Assembly: GCA_964016885.1 (NCBI GenBank) | Contig: OZ024741.1 | Coordinates: forward strand, 187,736,001-187,800,000 | From: Eledone cirrhosa | Lineage: Eukaryota | Direction: 5' to 3' | Length of the DNA stretch: 64,000 nucleotides | Shown: piece by piece, positions 25,997-40,100 of the stretch | Numbering within the stretch: position 1 is the first letter of the stretch | Layout: the number at the start of each line of letters is the position of its first letter | Program-made: the position numbers and the translations under genes | The notes under the pieces: model-generated | Told to the model about the DNA's origin: nothing | The model's input: the letters and a program-made list of their open reading frames with translations, nothing else | Database searches by the model: none

Positions 25997-26411
25997 CCCT
26001 TTAGCATTCACATTATTCTATATATACTATAGATGGTGGGTGGATTGGCAGTATCAGTAGAGGGTCGGACGCCATGCTTTCCAGCATAGTTACGTCCCTT
26101 TACGATCTGAGTTCAAATCCCGCCGAGGTTGACTTTGCCTTTCATCCTTACGGGGTCTATAAAATAAAGTACCAGTAATGCACTGGGTAATTGCTGGCCT
26201 TGTGCCTAACGTAGAAACAATTATTTTATATATACTATTATATTTTCATGGTAAAGGCTTTACCTCACATAATATCGAATCTATGAGATTTTGAAAGTAT
26301 TTATTTTGAGATCAATACCTTAACATCAGTTTGAGTGACCAGTTACAGCCAGTTTCAACAGAAAGAGGTAGAGAATTCTGGCCGGTTTTGGCCGGTTTGA
26401 ACATTAAAGGG
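25997..26411. mobile_element. piggyBac-like MITE carrying a nested SINE A (26035-26222 +)
   Basis: TTAA|ccctttagcattca ... tgaacattaaaggg|TTAA. The SINE is flanked by a tatatactat duplication. Confidence 0.7.
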
Positions 26412-26564
26412 TTAAGGGTGGATGTGTATATGAAATGTTCAGCCATTTAAAAGTTAATTTCATGAACAAGCTGTTCCGTTGATTGAATAGCTGGAACACT
26501 CATCGACTGAAGTACATTCTATTCCGTCGGTTCTTCTGGGCTTGTATGTATATATGTATGAATG

Positions 26565-26810
26565 TTTTTCTGGTTTTATAATTTCACAAAGTTTTACCAA
26601 TAGAGAGAGAGTCGGTTTCTAACAGACACAAGACTCTCTCATTGGAATTTACACATCAACTAGGTAGATATGTATGTATGTCTGCATGCATGCATGTGTA
26701 GATATGGATGTTATTGTATGTGTGGATGTGTATATTTTGAGTTATATGTGTGCATGTGTATATGCTTTGTATCTGTACATGTGTATATGCAGTTATTAGA
26801 TGCAAACTTT
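26565..26810 (-). mobile_element. 3' UTR-only copy of the R4/Dong-like LINE
   Basis: Reverse complement of 40960-41187, embedded in (TATG)n. Confidence 0.85.
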
Positions 26811-26832
26811 TTGGAATGTATGTATGTATCTA

Positions 26833-27441
26833 TGTCAGGTCACCAATTGGTGCTACTGGTAACATGTATCCCAGTACAACTTGTCTCATGGTCCGGTCGT
26901 TGGCGACTAAACTGGCAACCCCACCAAGGTTTCTTGGTGAGGAGGGTGACTTTGGACATCCTGCAGGACTAAAAACAAAACCTGTCAAAGGGCAAAGGAG
27001 CTCTTAAGAGTCAATGGCCATCCAAAATCACCGGGAGAGATGACCCATTAGCCTTTGTCAAGGCAGAATTCTAGGAGAAGGAAAACACTGAAATAACACC
27101 TGCAGCCCTGATGGTATCCAATGATGTTGACTTGTTCTTCTTTTTGGTAAATATCATCTTGGTTAAGAGAGTGGGACTGGCTTTGTGCAGTGCCTTTGCT
27201 CACTATAAAAGCTTCACGACAGAGGCATTGCTTTATAACTGGAGATCTCTCTGCACTTGTCGTCACATGGTATCATGGGCCCAGCACTATGTGTCAATAA
27301 TTATCACAAGTGTAGTGTTTGTACCAGAGTTTTCAAGTCGCTGGCTGGACTAAAAAGTCACACTCGTTCAGCGCATCGGTAGGGGTTCTCTTACATGGAT
27401 ATAAAGTAGTGGCCGTACTCGAAAACGAGTTGGTAGCCACC
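26833..27441 (+). mobile_element. ~610-bp non-autonomous RTE derivative (5' UTR-like head plus C2H2-coding 3' end)
   Basis: 27311-27382 encodes CSVCTRVFKSLAGLKSHTRSAHR*, matching the last finger of the RTE ORF. RTE-type 3' terminus and (ATGT)n tail. Confidence 0.8.
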
Positions 27442-27479
27442 ATGTATGTATGTACGTGTGTGTGTGTGTATGTATTTAT

Positions 27480-27960
27480 GGTTCTCTTTCTTTTAATTTC
27501 GAGTACATTTTTGACCGGCCACCTTCCTGGTGGCAAGATTTTAAAAGAAAAGAAATTGTCATCTCTTGAATCACAAGAATGTTTTACACATTTTGAAGGT
27601 GCCAGCTTTAGCAGCCATTTGTAGTTTATGAATTAGGGAGCTGCGCTCTTTGTCCACAAATCCAAGTTCAGTTATACTTTGGTTTAAGCGGGTTGGTATA
27701 TAACTTGTAGCTCCAATAATGATGGGTATGAAGCTGAAGGTGTATCTTGGATACTGGATCTGCAAACTCCTTATCAATGGTCCGTAGATATCCTCCTTCT
27801 CTCGTATTTTTCTTACAACGTTGACATCAAGAGCACGTTTTCACTGCGTGGTCCCAAACAACAATATCAGGCCCGTTGTGCTTTAATTTGATGGCAGTTT
27901 TTATTTTCAGGTCCTACTAGTTTTCTTTAGTGCCATCTATCTCAACATATCCCTCCTCAT
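27480..27960 (-). mobile_element. 3' fragment of a second R4/Dong-like LINE family
   Basis: IRSLQIQYPRYTFSFIPIIIGA..KLQ..GTFKMCKTF aligns with the 40744-40962 translation. Flanked by (TATG)n. Confidence 0.85.
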
Positions 27961-28016
27961 TAGTATGTATGTATGTATGTCATGTATATCAGTGCTAATG
28001 TATGTATGTCATGTAT

Positions 28017-28511
28017 GTCAGCGCTAAAACCTGTGCAGGGGTGGGTCGTCGGCGACTAAACCGGCAATCCCACCAAGCTTGCATGGTAAGGAGGGTGATA
28101 TTGGACACCCTGCAGAATGAAAAACAAAACTCGTTAAAGGGCGGCGGAACTAAGGAGAGTCAATGGCCATCCAATAATTTTTTATTTTTTTTAGTGGAGC
28201 GAGAGACTCTTAGTCTTCATTAAGACATCTCTCTAGGAGAAGGTCACTCCGATATAAAACCTGCGTCTTCGTTTGCATCCAATACTGTAGAACTTGTTGG
28301 GTAAATGCATTCGATGTTCAAAGAGTGGTATTGGCCCCATGCAAAGCCTTTCCTCACTTAAAAAATCTTTAACCGCAGACATCGCTTGATATGTGATATT
28401 TTTTGCGATGCATTGCATTGCTGGCCATAGGCAAGTCCGTAGAAAGCCACGTCCGTGATGCTCGTGCTTAAGTATCAAGTGGTGGCATTACTCAAAATCA
28501 AGTTGCAGCCA
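28017..28511 (+). mobile_element. Second, older non-autonomous RTE derivative
   Basis: Head gggtcgtcggcgactaaaccggcaatccc..gagtcaatggccatccaa and tail tactcaaaatcaagttgcagcca are shared with 26833-27441. Confidence 0.65.
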
Positions 28512-28554
28512 TTGTGCATGCATGCATGTATGTATGTATGTATATCTATATCAC

Positions 28555-28710
28555 AGGTGGTGAATTAGCAGAATCGTTAGAATGTTGAATAGAATGCTTT
28601 GCATTATTCGTTCAAATTCTCTACGCTCTGAGTTCAAGTCTGGCTACGGTCAAATTTGCCGTTCTTTCTTTCGAGGTCAATACTGGTCCAGTACTGGGGG
28701 TCGATTCATC
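28555..28710 (+). mobile_element. SINE family A (degenerate)
   Basis: A/B boxes present. Confidence 0.65.
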
Positions 28711-28857
28711 CACAATATCTCTTTCTCTTTCTTTCTCTCTGTCTCTTTATGTATTCAGACTTGAAGAGCAGATGGGATCCACTAGGTTTTAAAGTGACAA
28801 AGAAACACTGTAAATTACTACGGTGCCTTTATAACTCTAAGAGGAGTTACGGATCAT

Positions 28858-28911
<54 letters not shown>

Positions 28912-29014
28912 TGTATATATATATATATACATATTTGTATATTAGTATATATTTAGTTATGCGGTTAATTCTTTATTGTATGTTATATATATACAGATAT
29001 AATTTTATCATATA

Positions 29015-30690
29015 CTAGCAGTAAAGCCCGGCGTTGCTCGGGGTCGCTCAGTAGCTGTGTTAAAGTTACAATGTTAAGTTTCTTTTTTGGCTTAAAAACT
29101 GTAGTGTCTACTGTGCAGACTTGCATGTGGTGTTTTTGATTAATAATCCCTCAACCAACAATATGCCTTATGAAGTTAAGAAAACATAACGATAACCCGA
29201 ATGTTATAACAAAAGAGGATGCTGGGGATAGAAACTGCACTGGTTATTTATTAACAAAGATCGAAAATGTAAACACTGCAACGCAGAGAAAAACATTAGC
29301 GTAACCAAATTATCAGTTATGTCTGTCTGCACGCCTATATCACCTCTCTGCACGACTGTCTGTCTGCACGCCTATATCACCTCTCTGCACGACTGTCTGT
29401 CTGCACGCCTATATCAACTCTCTGCACGACTGTCTGTCTGCACGCCTATATCACCTCTCTGCACGACTGTCTGTCTGCACGCCTATATCACCTCTCTGCA
29501 CGACTGTCTGTCTGCACGACTGTCTGTCTGCACGCCTAACGAAATTTACAGATACATATATTTTAAATAAACTTATATAATTTTTGCTTTTTTTTACGAA
29601 ATATTTGCTTGTTTTACGTAATCTTTAAATAGACTTGTTTTCAAGTAAAAATATTGTTTTAAAATGCTTTTAAATGGAAATGAAGCAAAACGGAAGCTTA
29701 GTGTATTGTGTTAATGTCATTTTAAACGCTGAGAAAGCCAGCGTAATTGTTTACGTAAGACGCTCAATGTAAACAGAACAAAGGGAAATAACTGATAACT
29801 TACGCTCAAAAATCGATACTTTATATTCGATTTCGTCACATAGGGTGGGTCAATTTGAAATTTCTTTTTTTCCGATGTCTTCGCTAGGGCTCAATGTACA
29901 AGTATAGCAATTTCGGTGCAATTCCGTGAGAGATTCTAAGAGGAGATGTGTGCCAAAAATCGATAGACAGACAGACAACCACAGTTTTATATATATAGAT
30001 GACATAATCAAAAACAAGAACTTATTTGAAAATTTATTTGACCGATGGTTCCGCCGGATCTTCATCTATAAGTGTAGCAATTTCACCGAAATTTGAACGT
30101 ACGGTTTAAGAGGAGATGTGTGCCGAAGGTTTTAGTAGACAGACAGACAACCTCAGTTTTATATATATAGATGACATAATCAAAAACAAGAACTTATTTG
30201 AAAATTTATTTGACCGATGGTTCCGCCGGACCTTCATCTATAAGTGTAGCAATTTCACCGAAATTTGAACGTACGGTTTAAGAGGAGATGTGTGCCGAAG
30301 GTTTTAGTAGACAGACAGACAACCTCAGTTTTATATATATAGATGACATAATCAAAAACAAGAACTTATTTGAAAATTTATTTGACCGATGGTTCCGCCG
30401 GACCTTCATCTATAAGTGTAGCAATTTCACCGAAATTTGAACGTACGGTTTAAGAGGAGATGTGTGCCGAAGGTTTTAGTAGACAGACAGACAACCTCAG
30501 TTTTATATATATAGATGACATAATCAAAAACAAGAAGAACTTATTTGAAAATTTATTTGACCGATGGTTCCGCCGGACCTTCATCTATAAGTGTAGCAAT
30601 TTCACCGAAATTTGAACGTACGGTTTAAGAGGAGATGTGTGCCGAAGGTTTTAGTAGACAGACAGACAACCTCAGTTTTATATATATAGA
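29015..30690 (-). mobile_element. Non-autonomous Helitron with tandemly reiterated 5' ends
   Basis: 3' hairpin cccgagcaacgccggg plus CTAG at 29015. The 5' motif TCtatatatataaaactg.ggttgtctgtctgtc is present five times. Confidence 0.75.
29320..29537. repeat. 37-bp minisatellite (5+ units) inside the Helitron
   Basis: Unit tgtctgtctgcacgcctatatcacctctctgcacgac. Confidence 0.95.
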
Positions 30691-30691
30691 T
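30001..30691. repeat. Four near-identical 172-bp tandem units
   Basis: Units start at 30001, 30173, 30345 and 30517. Confidence 0.95.
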
Positions 30692-30884
30692 GAATGCATA
30701 TAAACACATATATATATATGTATGCATATAAATATGTGTGGGTGGATGTGTGCATGAGTCTGTGTATGTACGTGTGTGTTGGTGTGTGTGTGTTGGTGTG
30801 TGTGTGCGCGCGTGTATTTAGAGGTAGACATGACAGTTTGGTTTAATACTTACCTCTGTAACCATGTGATTTCGGGTTCAGTCA

Positions 30885-30924
30885 CACATATATATACATA
30901 TATGCATGCATTATACATACATAT

Positions 30925-30987
<63 letters not shown>

Positions 30988-31026
30988 TATATATATACAT
31001 GCATATATACATATATATATACATGC

Positions 31027-31059
<33 letters not shown>

Positions 31060-31127
31060 CATGCATATATACATGCATATATATACATGCATGTATATAC
31101 ATGCATATATATATACATATATATATA

Positions 31128-31181
<54 letters not shown>

Positions 31182-31209
31182 TATATATATGTATATATAT
31201 ATATATATA

Positions 31210-31283
<74 letters not shown>

Positions 31284-31355
31284 TATATATATATATACAT
31301 ATATATATGCATATATATATACATGCATATATATGTGCATATATATATATATATA
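30885..31355. repeat. (TA)n-rich compound microsatellite
   Basis: Direct inspection. Confidence 0.95.
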
Positions 31356-32068
31356 TCTAATATCTGTGTATGAAGGCCTATATACTATCAAGATCCATTG
31401 CATCATTTCTAAAATTAGCAGTTGCAGCGTTCCTGTCTGGATTCCATTTAAAGCTATTGCATCATATCTAAAAATAGGGTTCGACATAGTCATCAATATA
31501 TCTGTACCTCTCACATATTTATCTCTCATAACAATCTGCCGCCTTACCTCTCTCCATCGCCGTTATTTCTTTGTTTCACAGAATCAATAAGGTGGAAGAC
31601 AAAATGATTTGCACTATTAACTTCCAATACTTTATGGTCTGAGCTCAAATCCCAAACCCTGCAGAAACCGATTATTATTATTTTTTTTTTTTCTTCCAGC
31701 TTTCAGGCGTTGATAAAATAAAGTTTCAGTTGTTGTTATTGTTGTGGCTGTTGTTGTTGTCACCGTTTTTGTTCCTGCTGTCGTCACTGTAGTTGCTGCT
31801 GGTGTTTACGGTTTTGTTTAGCCCTAGGTTGACCCTAATCGTGTAAAATTACTGTCAAAAGCGTTAGAATGTTGTTCATTCAGTATTTTTTCTATATACG
31901 ACTATATAGTACAATGTGTCCTTCCTTTAATAGTAAAATATTTAGTTATAACTAATTACATCAGCCGAATGTAATTTGAGATTGATTCGTCTATTTCTTG
32001 TAGGTCGAGTGACGACACATAAACTCATTTTCATGATGGTATATATATATATATATATAATAATATAT

Positions 32069-32139
<71 letters not shown>

Positions 32140-32173
32140 GGAAAATGTGTCAGATCCTTGATACAGTTAGGTA

Positions 32174-32334
32174 TATCAGAATATGATACTTGTTGAAAAG
32201 AATGAAGTATCGTTTTACTTGAAGGTAAATCCTAAAGTGTATTTCATAATTTGTTAACTAACCCTTTTTACCTATTTGGATTTACCTTCAAGTAAAACGA
32301 TACTTTATTCTTTTCAACATGTATCATATTCTGA

Positions 32335-32335
<1 letters not shown>
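32174..32335. repeat. Inverted repeat (~58-bp arms) abutting (TA)n
   Basis: tatcagaatatgatac..gaaggtaaatcc / ggatttaccttc..gtatcatattctgata. Confidence 0.85.
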
Positions 32336-32373
<38 letters not shown>

Positions 32374-32475
32374 GATATTTATATGCAGAGGTTATATTTA
32401 ATTTGTTGGGATTCAACAAACTTAAAAATTGTTATAACTGATATAAAGCACTCAACAATTTAGTGGAGTAAACAC

Positions 32476-32843
32476 ACAATATATTAATAAATGGAAACTA
32501 TATTTATAAAACCATAATTTTTTTTTATTATATTTATTTCAAGGGCAACCAAGGCAAATTATGGTGCGCTTTCATCAGATAAAATACAGATTTGTTTTAT
32601 AAATAAATATTGACATACCCGGAAAAAAGACAACCTTAACGGTTAAAGCTTCCTGGATAGTGACTATACAGGAAGCTTCAACCGTTACGGTTGTCTTTTT
32701 TCCGGGTATGTCAATATTTACTTATAAAACAAATGTGTATTTTATCTGATGAAAGCGCACCATAATTTGCCTTGGTTGCCCTTGAAATATATATAATAAA
32801 ATAAATATGGTTTTATTAATATAGTTTCCATTTATTAATATAT

Positions 32844-32847
<4 letters not shown>
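32476..32847. mobile_element. Fold-back cassette (~180-bp arms) with an HHR in each arm
   Basis: Axis at ~32662. (TA)n-flanked. Family member at 50600-50847. Confidence 0.85.
32738..32803 (+). ncRNA. Type I HHR (mirror copy 32521-32586, minus strand)
   Basis: tattttat-CTGATGA-aag..ctt-GAAAT-atat-ATA-ataaaata. Confidence 0.85.
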
Positions 32848-32903
<56 letters not shown>

Positions 32904-32978
32904 CTTACCCCGTGTTCAATCGGGGGTTACCACAGTAAGTAAGTAACTCAATATATATTCTGAAGTATATATACTCAA

Positions 32979-33092
<114 letters not shown>

Positions 33093-33224
33093 TTAATGTT
33101 CTATTATGAGGCAAGACATTTTTACTATGTCTCATCGAAACAAAGCAAGATTTTCTTTGAGGAAAAGTGGTTATCATATTACATGTCATCGAATATTCAA
33201 AAACTACACATTGAGATGTATAAT

Positions 33225-33635
33225 GTTGAACAATGAAAAAAATAAGAAAAAGCTGTATTAATCCATTATTTTAGGATCGTTTCAGAGGGAAAAATTAGCG
33301 ATCGTAGCAGTTATGCAATTCCATACTTTAAGGTTATATATATCCTCATATATATACGACGGGCTTTGATAGTTTCTGTCTATCAAATTCCATTCACAAA
33401 TCATTGGTCAATATGAGGATATATATAACCTTAATTTTGAACAATGAAAAAATAAGAAAAAGGTGTATTAGTTAATGAATCCATTGTTAGTTAATGAATC
33501 TAAAATTAGCGATCGTAGCAGTTATGCAATTGCATAACTGCTACGATCGCTAATTTTTCCCTCTGAAACAATCGTAAAACAATGGATTCGTTAACTAATA
33601 CACCTTTTTCTTATTTTTTCATTGTTCAAAATTAT
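33225..33635. repeat. Direct plus inverted rearranged cassette with an HHR 3' half (GAAAC-aatc-GTA)
   Basis: Axis tgcaattgca at ~33530. Arms 33432-33530 / 33531-33634; partial direct copy at 33225-33322. Confidence 0.65.
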
Positions 33636-33830
33636 ATATCTCAATATCGAGCACATCGATAGTGAAACATCTAATATGTTATTAAATGTGTTATGATGTG
33701 TGTGAGTGTGTTTGTGTTTATGACCCTTAACTTAGCAATTCGACAAAAAGATCGATATATTTGTACCAGACATGAGAAATAAGTACTGGGGTCCATATTA
33801 TCGACTAAATCAAACCAATAAAAGAATACG

Positions 33831-33935
<105 letters not shown>

Positions 33936-33984
33936 TCCAATTCCGCCCTGCCTGTCCCTTCAATCTTTCTAATTTCTCATTCTT

Positions 33985-34020
33985 TCTTCTGATGAAGGAC
34001 TAGCGTCCGAAACATTAAGA
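33985..34020 (+). ncRNA. Minimal HHR-like motif
   Basis: tctt-CTGATGA-a-ggac-tagc-gtcc-GAAAC-ATT-aaga. Confidence 0.6.
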
Positions 34021-34139
34021 CCCACTCCTGCTATTTCAAACGTTAAACTAATATAATCCTTCCATATACTGTAGCGGTTGTGTTGTTTTTTTCTGTTTAC
34101 CTTTTACACACACACATACATACATGCATACATACATAC

Positions 34140-34225
<86 letters not shown>

Positions 34226-34721
34226 GTTAATTTGTTAATTTGTTAATTGTTTAATTTATAATTTTTGATTTAGGATTTTAATTTTTATTTCCAACTCTCA
34301 CTCATAACTTCCAACGTAAAACCATGATACCTAGAATTAAGTATATTTTCTCTTGGGAGTTGATGGTCAGTCGTACTGTCCATGCTTGGTGAGAGGTAGT
34401 ATTGTGACCTGTAAAAACTAAAACTCTTCCATCCCCTCTGGCTTTCGGCTGACTGCCACAGACGGGACGGGTAGCAGTAAACTATGGTACAGGCCTAAAT
34501 GGGTCATTGTTTGGCTGAGAGGGTGAACTGACTAAGCGAGTTTCGTTGAAATCTGCGGTAGCTAATGGTCAACTTCCTTCGGACATGCGCCTGCGCAGAC
34601 CGGTGGGGGTGAATTGCTACTCACAGGGGAACGGTTGAAAAACCCAAAAGCACACACTTCGTCCGTTCCCATGTCGATTCGACTTGGATTGCCTCGGAAA
34701 CATAACCTTACTATGTAACAA

Positions 34722-34795
34722 GCTGTCTGATGATGTCACGACACTCGCACATAGAACAGTGTGGCCAGTGTCGTCATTGAAATATATATCACAGC
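34722..34795 (+). ncRNA. Type I HHR with extended stem II, near the end of a ~630-bp (TA)n-flanked cassette (34221-34847)
   Basis: gctgt-CTGATGA-..acgacact..agtgtcgt..-GAAAT-atat-ATC-acagc. Confidence 0.85.
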
Positions 34796-34842
34796 ATTAT
34801 TATTAAAGGACTTGAACATCTGAAACTACTTCGCTTTTACTT

Positions 34843-34985
<143 letters not shown>

Positions 34986-35456
34986 GGGGAGAGAGAGATA
35001 AATATATGTATTTGATCACCTATTTTTTTTGGGAGGGGGGGGGGCATCTAGGATTACATTATTATTAAACAATAGAGTGTGGTTTAGCTGCTATTTCTAA
35101 CAGGTTCGAGGACTATTTAGAGGCTTCCCCTTCAAATGAAAATAAAATGCATTTAACCGAATGAATTCCTGTTACCGCATCTACTTATATAATCAGTCGA
35201 TCAACTAGAAACAACATACAACATACATACACCCATACATACATACATACATACATACATACATACATACATACATACATACATACATACATACATACAT
35301 ACATACATACATACGTATAACATACATACATACTTACACCCATGCATACATACATACATACGTACATACATACATACTTACACCCATACATACATACATA
35401 CATACATACATACTTACACCCATACATACATACATACACCCATACATACATACATA

Positions 35457-35700
35457 AAAATTTTGCATCTAATAACTGCATATACACATGTACAGATACA
35501 AAGCATATAAACATGCACACATACAACTCAAAACATACACATCCACACATACAATAACATCCATATCTACACATGCATGCATACATACATATCTACCTAG
35601 TTGATGTTGTGTAAATTCCAATGAGAGAGTCTTGTGTCTATGTTAGAAACCGACTCTCTCTCTATTGGTAAAACTTTGTGAAATTATAAAAGCAGAAGAA
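35457..35700 (+). mobile_element. 3' UTR-only copy of the R4/Dong-like LINE
   Basis: Near-identical to 40950-41187, within (CATA)n. Confidence 0.85.
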
Positions 35701-35837
35701 CATACATACAACGTTCATACATACATACATACATACATACATACATACATACATACATACATACATACATACATACATACATACATGCATAAATACATGC
35801 ATACATACATACATAAATACATGCATACATACATACA

Positions 35838-36920
35838 TGGTGGTGGCTGCCAACTCGTTTTCGAGTACGGCCACTACTTTAAATCCATGTAAGAGAACCC
35901 CTACAAATGCGCTGAACGAATGTGACTTTTTAGTCCAGCCAGCGACTTGAAAACTCTGGTACAAACACTACACTTGTGACAATTATTGACACATAGTGCT
36001 GGGCCCATGGTACCATGTGACGACAAGTGCAGAGAGATCTCCAGATATAAAGCAATGCCTGTGCCGTGAAGCTTTTATAGTGAGCAAAGGCACTGCACAA
36101 AGCCAGTCCCACTCTCTTAACCAAGATGATATTTACCAAAAAGAAGAACAAGTCAACATCATACATACATACATACATACATACATACATACATACATAC
36201 ATGCATAAATACATGCATACATACATGCATACATACACACATACATACATACATGCATACATACATACATGCGTACATACATACATACATACATACATAC
36301 ATACATACATACATGGTGGTGGCTGCCAACTCGTTTTCGAGTACGGTCACTACTTTATATCCATGTAGGAGAACCCCTACCGATGCGCTGAACGAGTGTG
36401 ACTTTTTAGTCCAGCCAGCGACTTGAAAACTCTGGTACAAACACTACACTTGTGACAATTATTGACACATAGTGCTTTGCCTTTGGTACCATGTGACGAC
36501 AAGTGCAGAGAGATCTCCAGATATAAAGCAATACCTGTGCCGTGAAGCTTTTATAGTGAGCAAAGCACTGCACAAAGCCAGTCCCACTCTCTTAACCAAG
36601 ATGATATTTACCAAAAAGAAGAACAATTCAACATCATTGGATACCATCAGGGTTGCAGGTGTTATATCAGAGTTTTCCTTATCCTAGAATTCTGCCTTGA
36701 CAAAGGCTAAGGGGTCATCTCTCCCAGTGATTTTGGATGGCCATTGACACTTAAGAGCTCCTTTGCCCTTTGACAGGTTTTGTTTTTAGTCCCGCAGGAT
36801 GTCCAAAGTCACCCTCCTCACCAAGAAACCTTGGTGGGGTTGCCAGTTTAGTCGCCAACGACCCAACTATGAGACAGGTTGTACTGGGATACATGTTACC
36901 AGTAGCACCAAGTGGTGACA
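35838..36920 (-). mobile_element. Two copies of the non-autonomous RTE derivative (35838-36160 partial; 36315-36920 near full)
   Basis: Reverse complement of 26833-27441, separated by (CATA)n. Confidence 0.85.
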
Positions 36921-37132
36921 TACATACATACATACATACATACATACATACATACATACATACATACATACATACATACATACATACATACATACATACA
37001 TACATACATACATTCATGAATGCATACACATTTACATACATATATGCATAAATACATGCATACATACATACATGCTTGCATGCATACAACATACATACAT
37101 ACATACATACATACATACATACATACATACAT

Positions 37133-40100
37133 CAGTCGCATATTTTGGCGTGGGAGACTATTTATTAAATTTAAGATGAATACTATCTCCGACAGTAATG
37201 CCACAACTACAGTCATGTTGAATAACTGGTTATTCTTCTAACTATATCTTCTGAAGACACCTTTTATTCGAATTCGTAGAGATATCCGACTAAATACATA
37301 ATTCATTTTACAAGGATTTGCTACAAACAGCATGGCTGAACACAACATCAACAACAAAATTAAGGAAGTACCGAAGACAAATAACAAGGAAAGTAAACAA
37401 ACTTTACAAACTTGTAGCTACAGAAGAAACCGAAATTATAAATTGCATTTCTCTTGGAGCTGCGAACTTAATAATGATTTATTTAATTGTTATAAAACAA
37501 TCCCTCCATTGGCTATATGAACAGAATGACGCTACACTGGGACGAAATACACCCAGAGCTAAATTATTTCACAGAGCAACAAGCGACGTTTGTTGAACGT
37601 AAAAATAAGATAAATATTATTAATTGTAAGTCCCCCACAACAAACATGTTATCAACAACACGTGCTACAGGTCGCCATGCTACTAGACTTCCTAGCAACC
37701 AGGTCGAACAGTGCCTTGAAACAACTATGCCTGTAAGAAACTTGACACCACCTATACCATCTAAGTCTACATCGAATGCTGGGGAAAACACTATCGATAA
37801 TAATAATAATCGAAGAAATAATAATAATAATCGAAGAACTTTGACACCACGTGTACCATACGAGTCTACTTCGACTGTTGTGGAAAATACTATCGATAAT
37901 GATAATAATCAAAAGTATAAACAATTGAAATTTTCCCTCAAAAATCTTCCAGAGAGAAATTAATTCATGTATAAATATCTCTCTTGCTGAACGTATTAAA
38001 ACGACAATGTTTAATAAAAACCCAAATAATGAAATATTACGTGTTATTGATGAAATAGGGGATGAATATTTACGACAGATAAAAACCCCAACATTTTGGC
38101 AAATCAACGCCTGTTTATATGCCTTATCAACGACAGTGAAGCATTATCTTGGTGATAGCAGAGATATTAACAAGAACAGAACACCACCAAAAATACCATC
38201 ATATATAACTAAAATAGAAAAAAAGATTGCTGACCTACGAAAAAACATAGGATATGTGATAATGCTCCTTACATGCAAACAAACACAAAAAAAACCTCAC
38301 TCCTCACCAACAAAGAGTGAAAAATAAAATAGAGACGTTGTTTGGTAACAGTAGAACCAGAACTCTCCAATATAAGCTGATCACCCTCAAACAAGAATTG
38401 AGAGCTGTTAGCGAAAAACGCCGATACCTGAAGAAGGTAGATGAGAGAAAAGTGCTTAATAAAAAATTCAGACGAAACCAAACATCAGTCTATAGAGATA
38501 TGAAGGGCAAAATAATAAGTGTCACTGAGGGCCCATCCCAGAAAGACATAGATTCCTTTTGGAGCAAAATATGGGGTGAAAAGAAGAATTTCAACCAAGA
38601 TGCAGTGAGGCTAAGAGAAATCCGAATCAACTATTTCTCCTACACTACAACAAAAACATACGAAATAAGTGAGGGTACTCTTGAGACTGATAGTAAAACT
38701 CCAAGATAAGAAAACACCAGGAAGAGACATGATTGTCGGCTACTTGTACAAAAAACTGATATTCTATCGGAGGTATCTTACTGACCTCTACCAACAAGTT
38801 CTTAAGGGAGATACACTTATAGCAGAATGGTTGACATTAGCACAAACATTACTGGTCCCCAAGAACAAAGACACCCACTTGGCAAAAAACTACCGACCCA
38901 TTGCATGCCAGAACCTGATGTATAAGATGTATACAGCCTGCCTGAACCTATTCCTCCAAGATCACTGTGAAAATAATAACATCATCACAGATGAACAAGC
39001 AGCTGGAAAGAAAGGGGTTTGGGGATGTGCTGAACAACTCCTAATCAACAAAACTGCGATGTCGGAGTTGCGACAACTTAGGAGGAATATGGCTAGAGTC
39101 TGGTTGGACTACAGGAAAGCTTTCGATTCTGTTCCCCACTCTTGGATGATAGAGGCCCTCCAACTTGCTAAAGTCCCAGACATTATTGTCAGTGACATAG
39201 AGAGGCTGTCTTCTTCTTGGGCTACTATCCTAAGGTTAAAGACAGAGAGGGAGGACTCTATTTTCACTGATAAAATAAAATATTGCAGGGGTATATTTCA
39301 GCGGGACAGTCTCTCTGTGATATTATTCATATTGTCATTAAACCCCTTGTCATTTCTGCTCAAGAAATGTGAGAACAGAAATACAAACCTAAACCATAAT
39401 TTCTTTGTGGACGATCTGAAACTCTATGCCAAGAACATGGATGGGATGAAGAAAAATCTTGACCTGGTTACAACGTTCTAAAAGGATATAGGAATGGAGT
39501 TTGGCCAAGATAAATGCTCATATATGACTGTAAAGCGGGGAAAAACAACAACCCAATCTAGCAACATTGTCATCAATAGTCTAACTGTTTCACCGATATC
39601 TGATGAGGACTGCTACAGATACCTGGGGATAGATGAGAACATATCCTATAATGGTATCTGTAATAAAGAACGCGTAACCAGGGAATACTATACCCGATTA
39701 AGTAAGCTCTGGTCATCGGAATTCTCTGCGCAAAACAAAACAGTGGCTCACAATGTGTTTGCTGTGCCTGTCCTAACACCAACGTTTGGAATACTCAATT
39801 GGACGATAGACGAAATCCGAACAGTTGATGTTGGAACTCGAAAAATACTGAACAACACCGGAAACTTCCATATCAACAGTGACATAGACCGCCTTTAGTT
39901 GAAACGTAAGCAGGGAGGCAGAGGCCTAACATCAGTCCAGACAACATTTGAATGTCGCAACCTATCTCTCCGACATCTACGAACCTCGAAGCATAGGAGC
40001 CCGTTTCCCGAACAAGTCTATCTGCATGAAACAGATAAGATCATGAGAGTTGGGAAGGAACTCCTCGAGAGATATTCCCTGTGTGATAATCAAAAACTCA

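Noticed and set aside
29320-29537. 37-bp repeats as a CRISPR array
   Set aside because: Head-to-tail units with no unique spacers, eukaryotic context, and no cas genes.
39600-39640. CTGATGA in the R4-like ORF as a hammerhead
   Set aside because: No stem II/GAAA/stem I arrangement; it is coding sequence (SDED).
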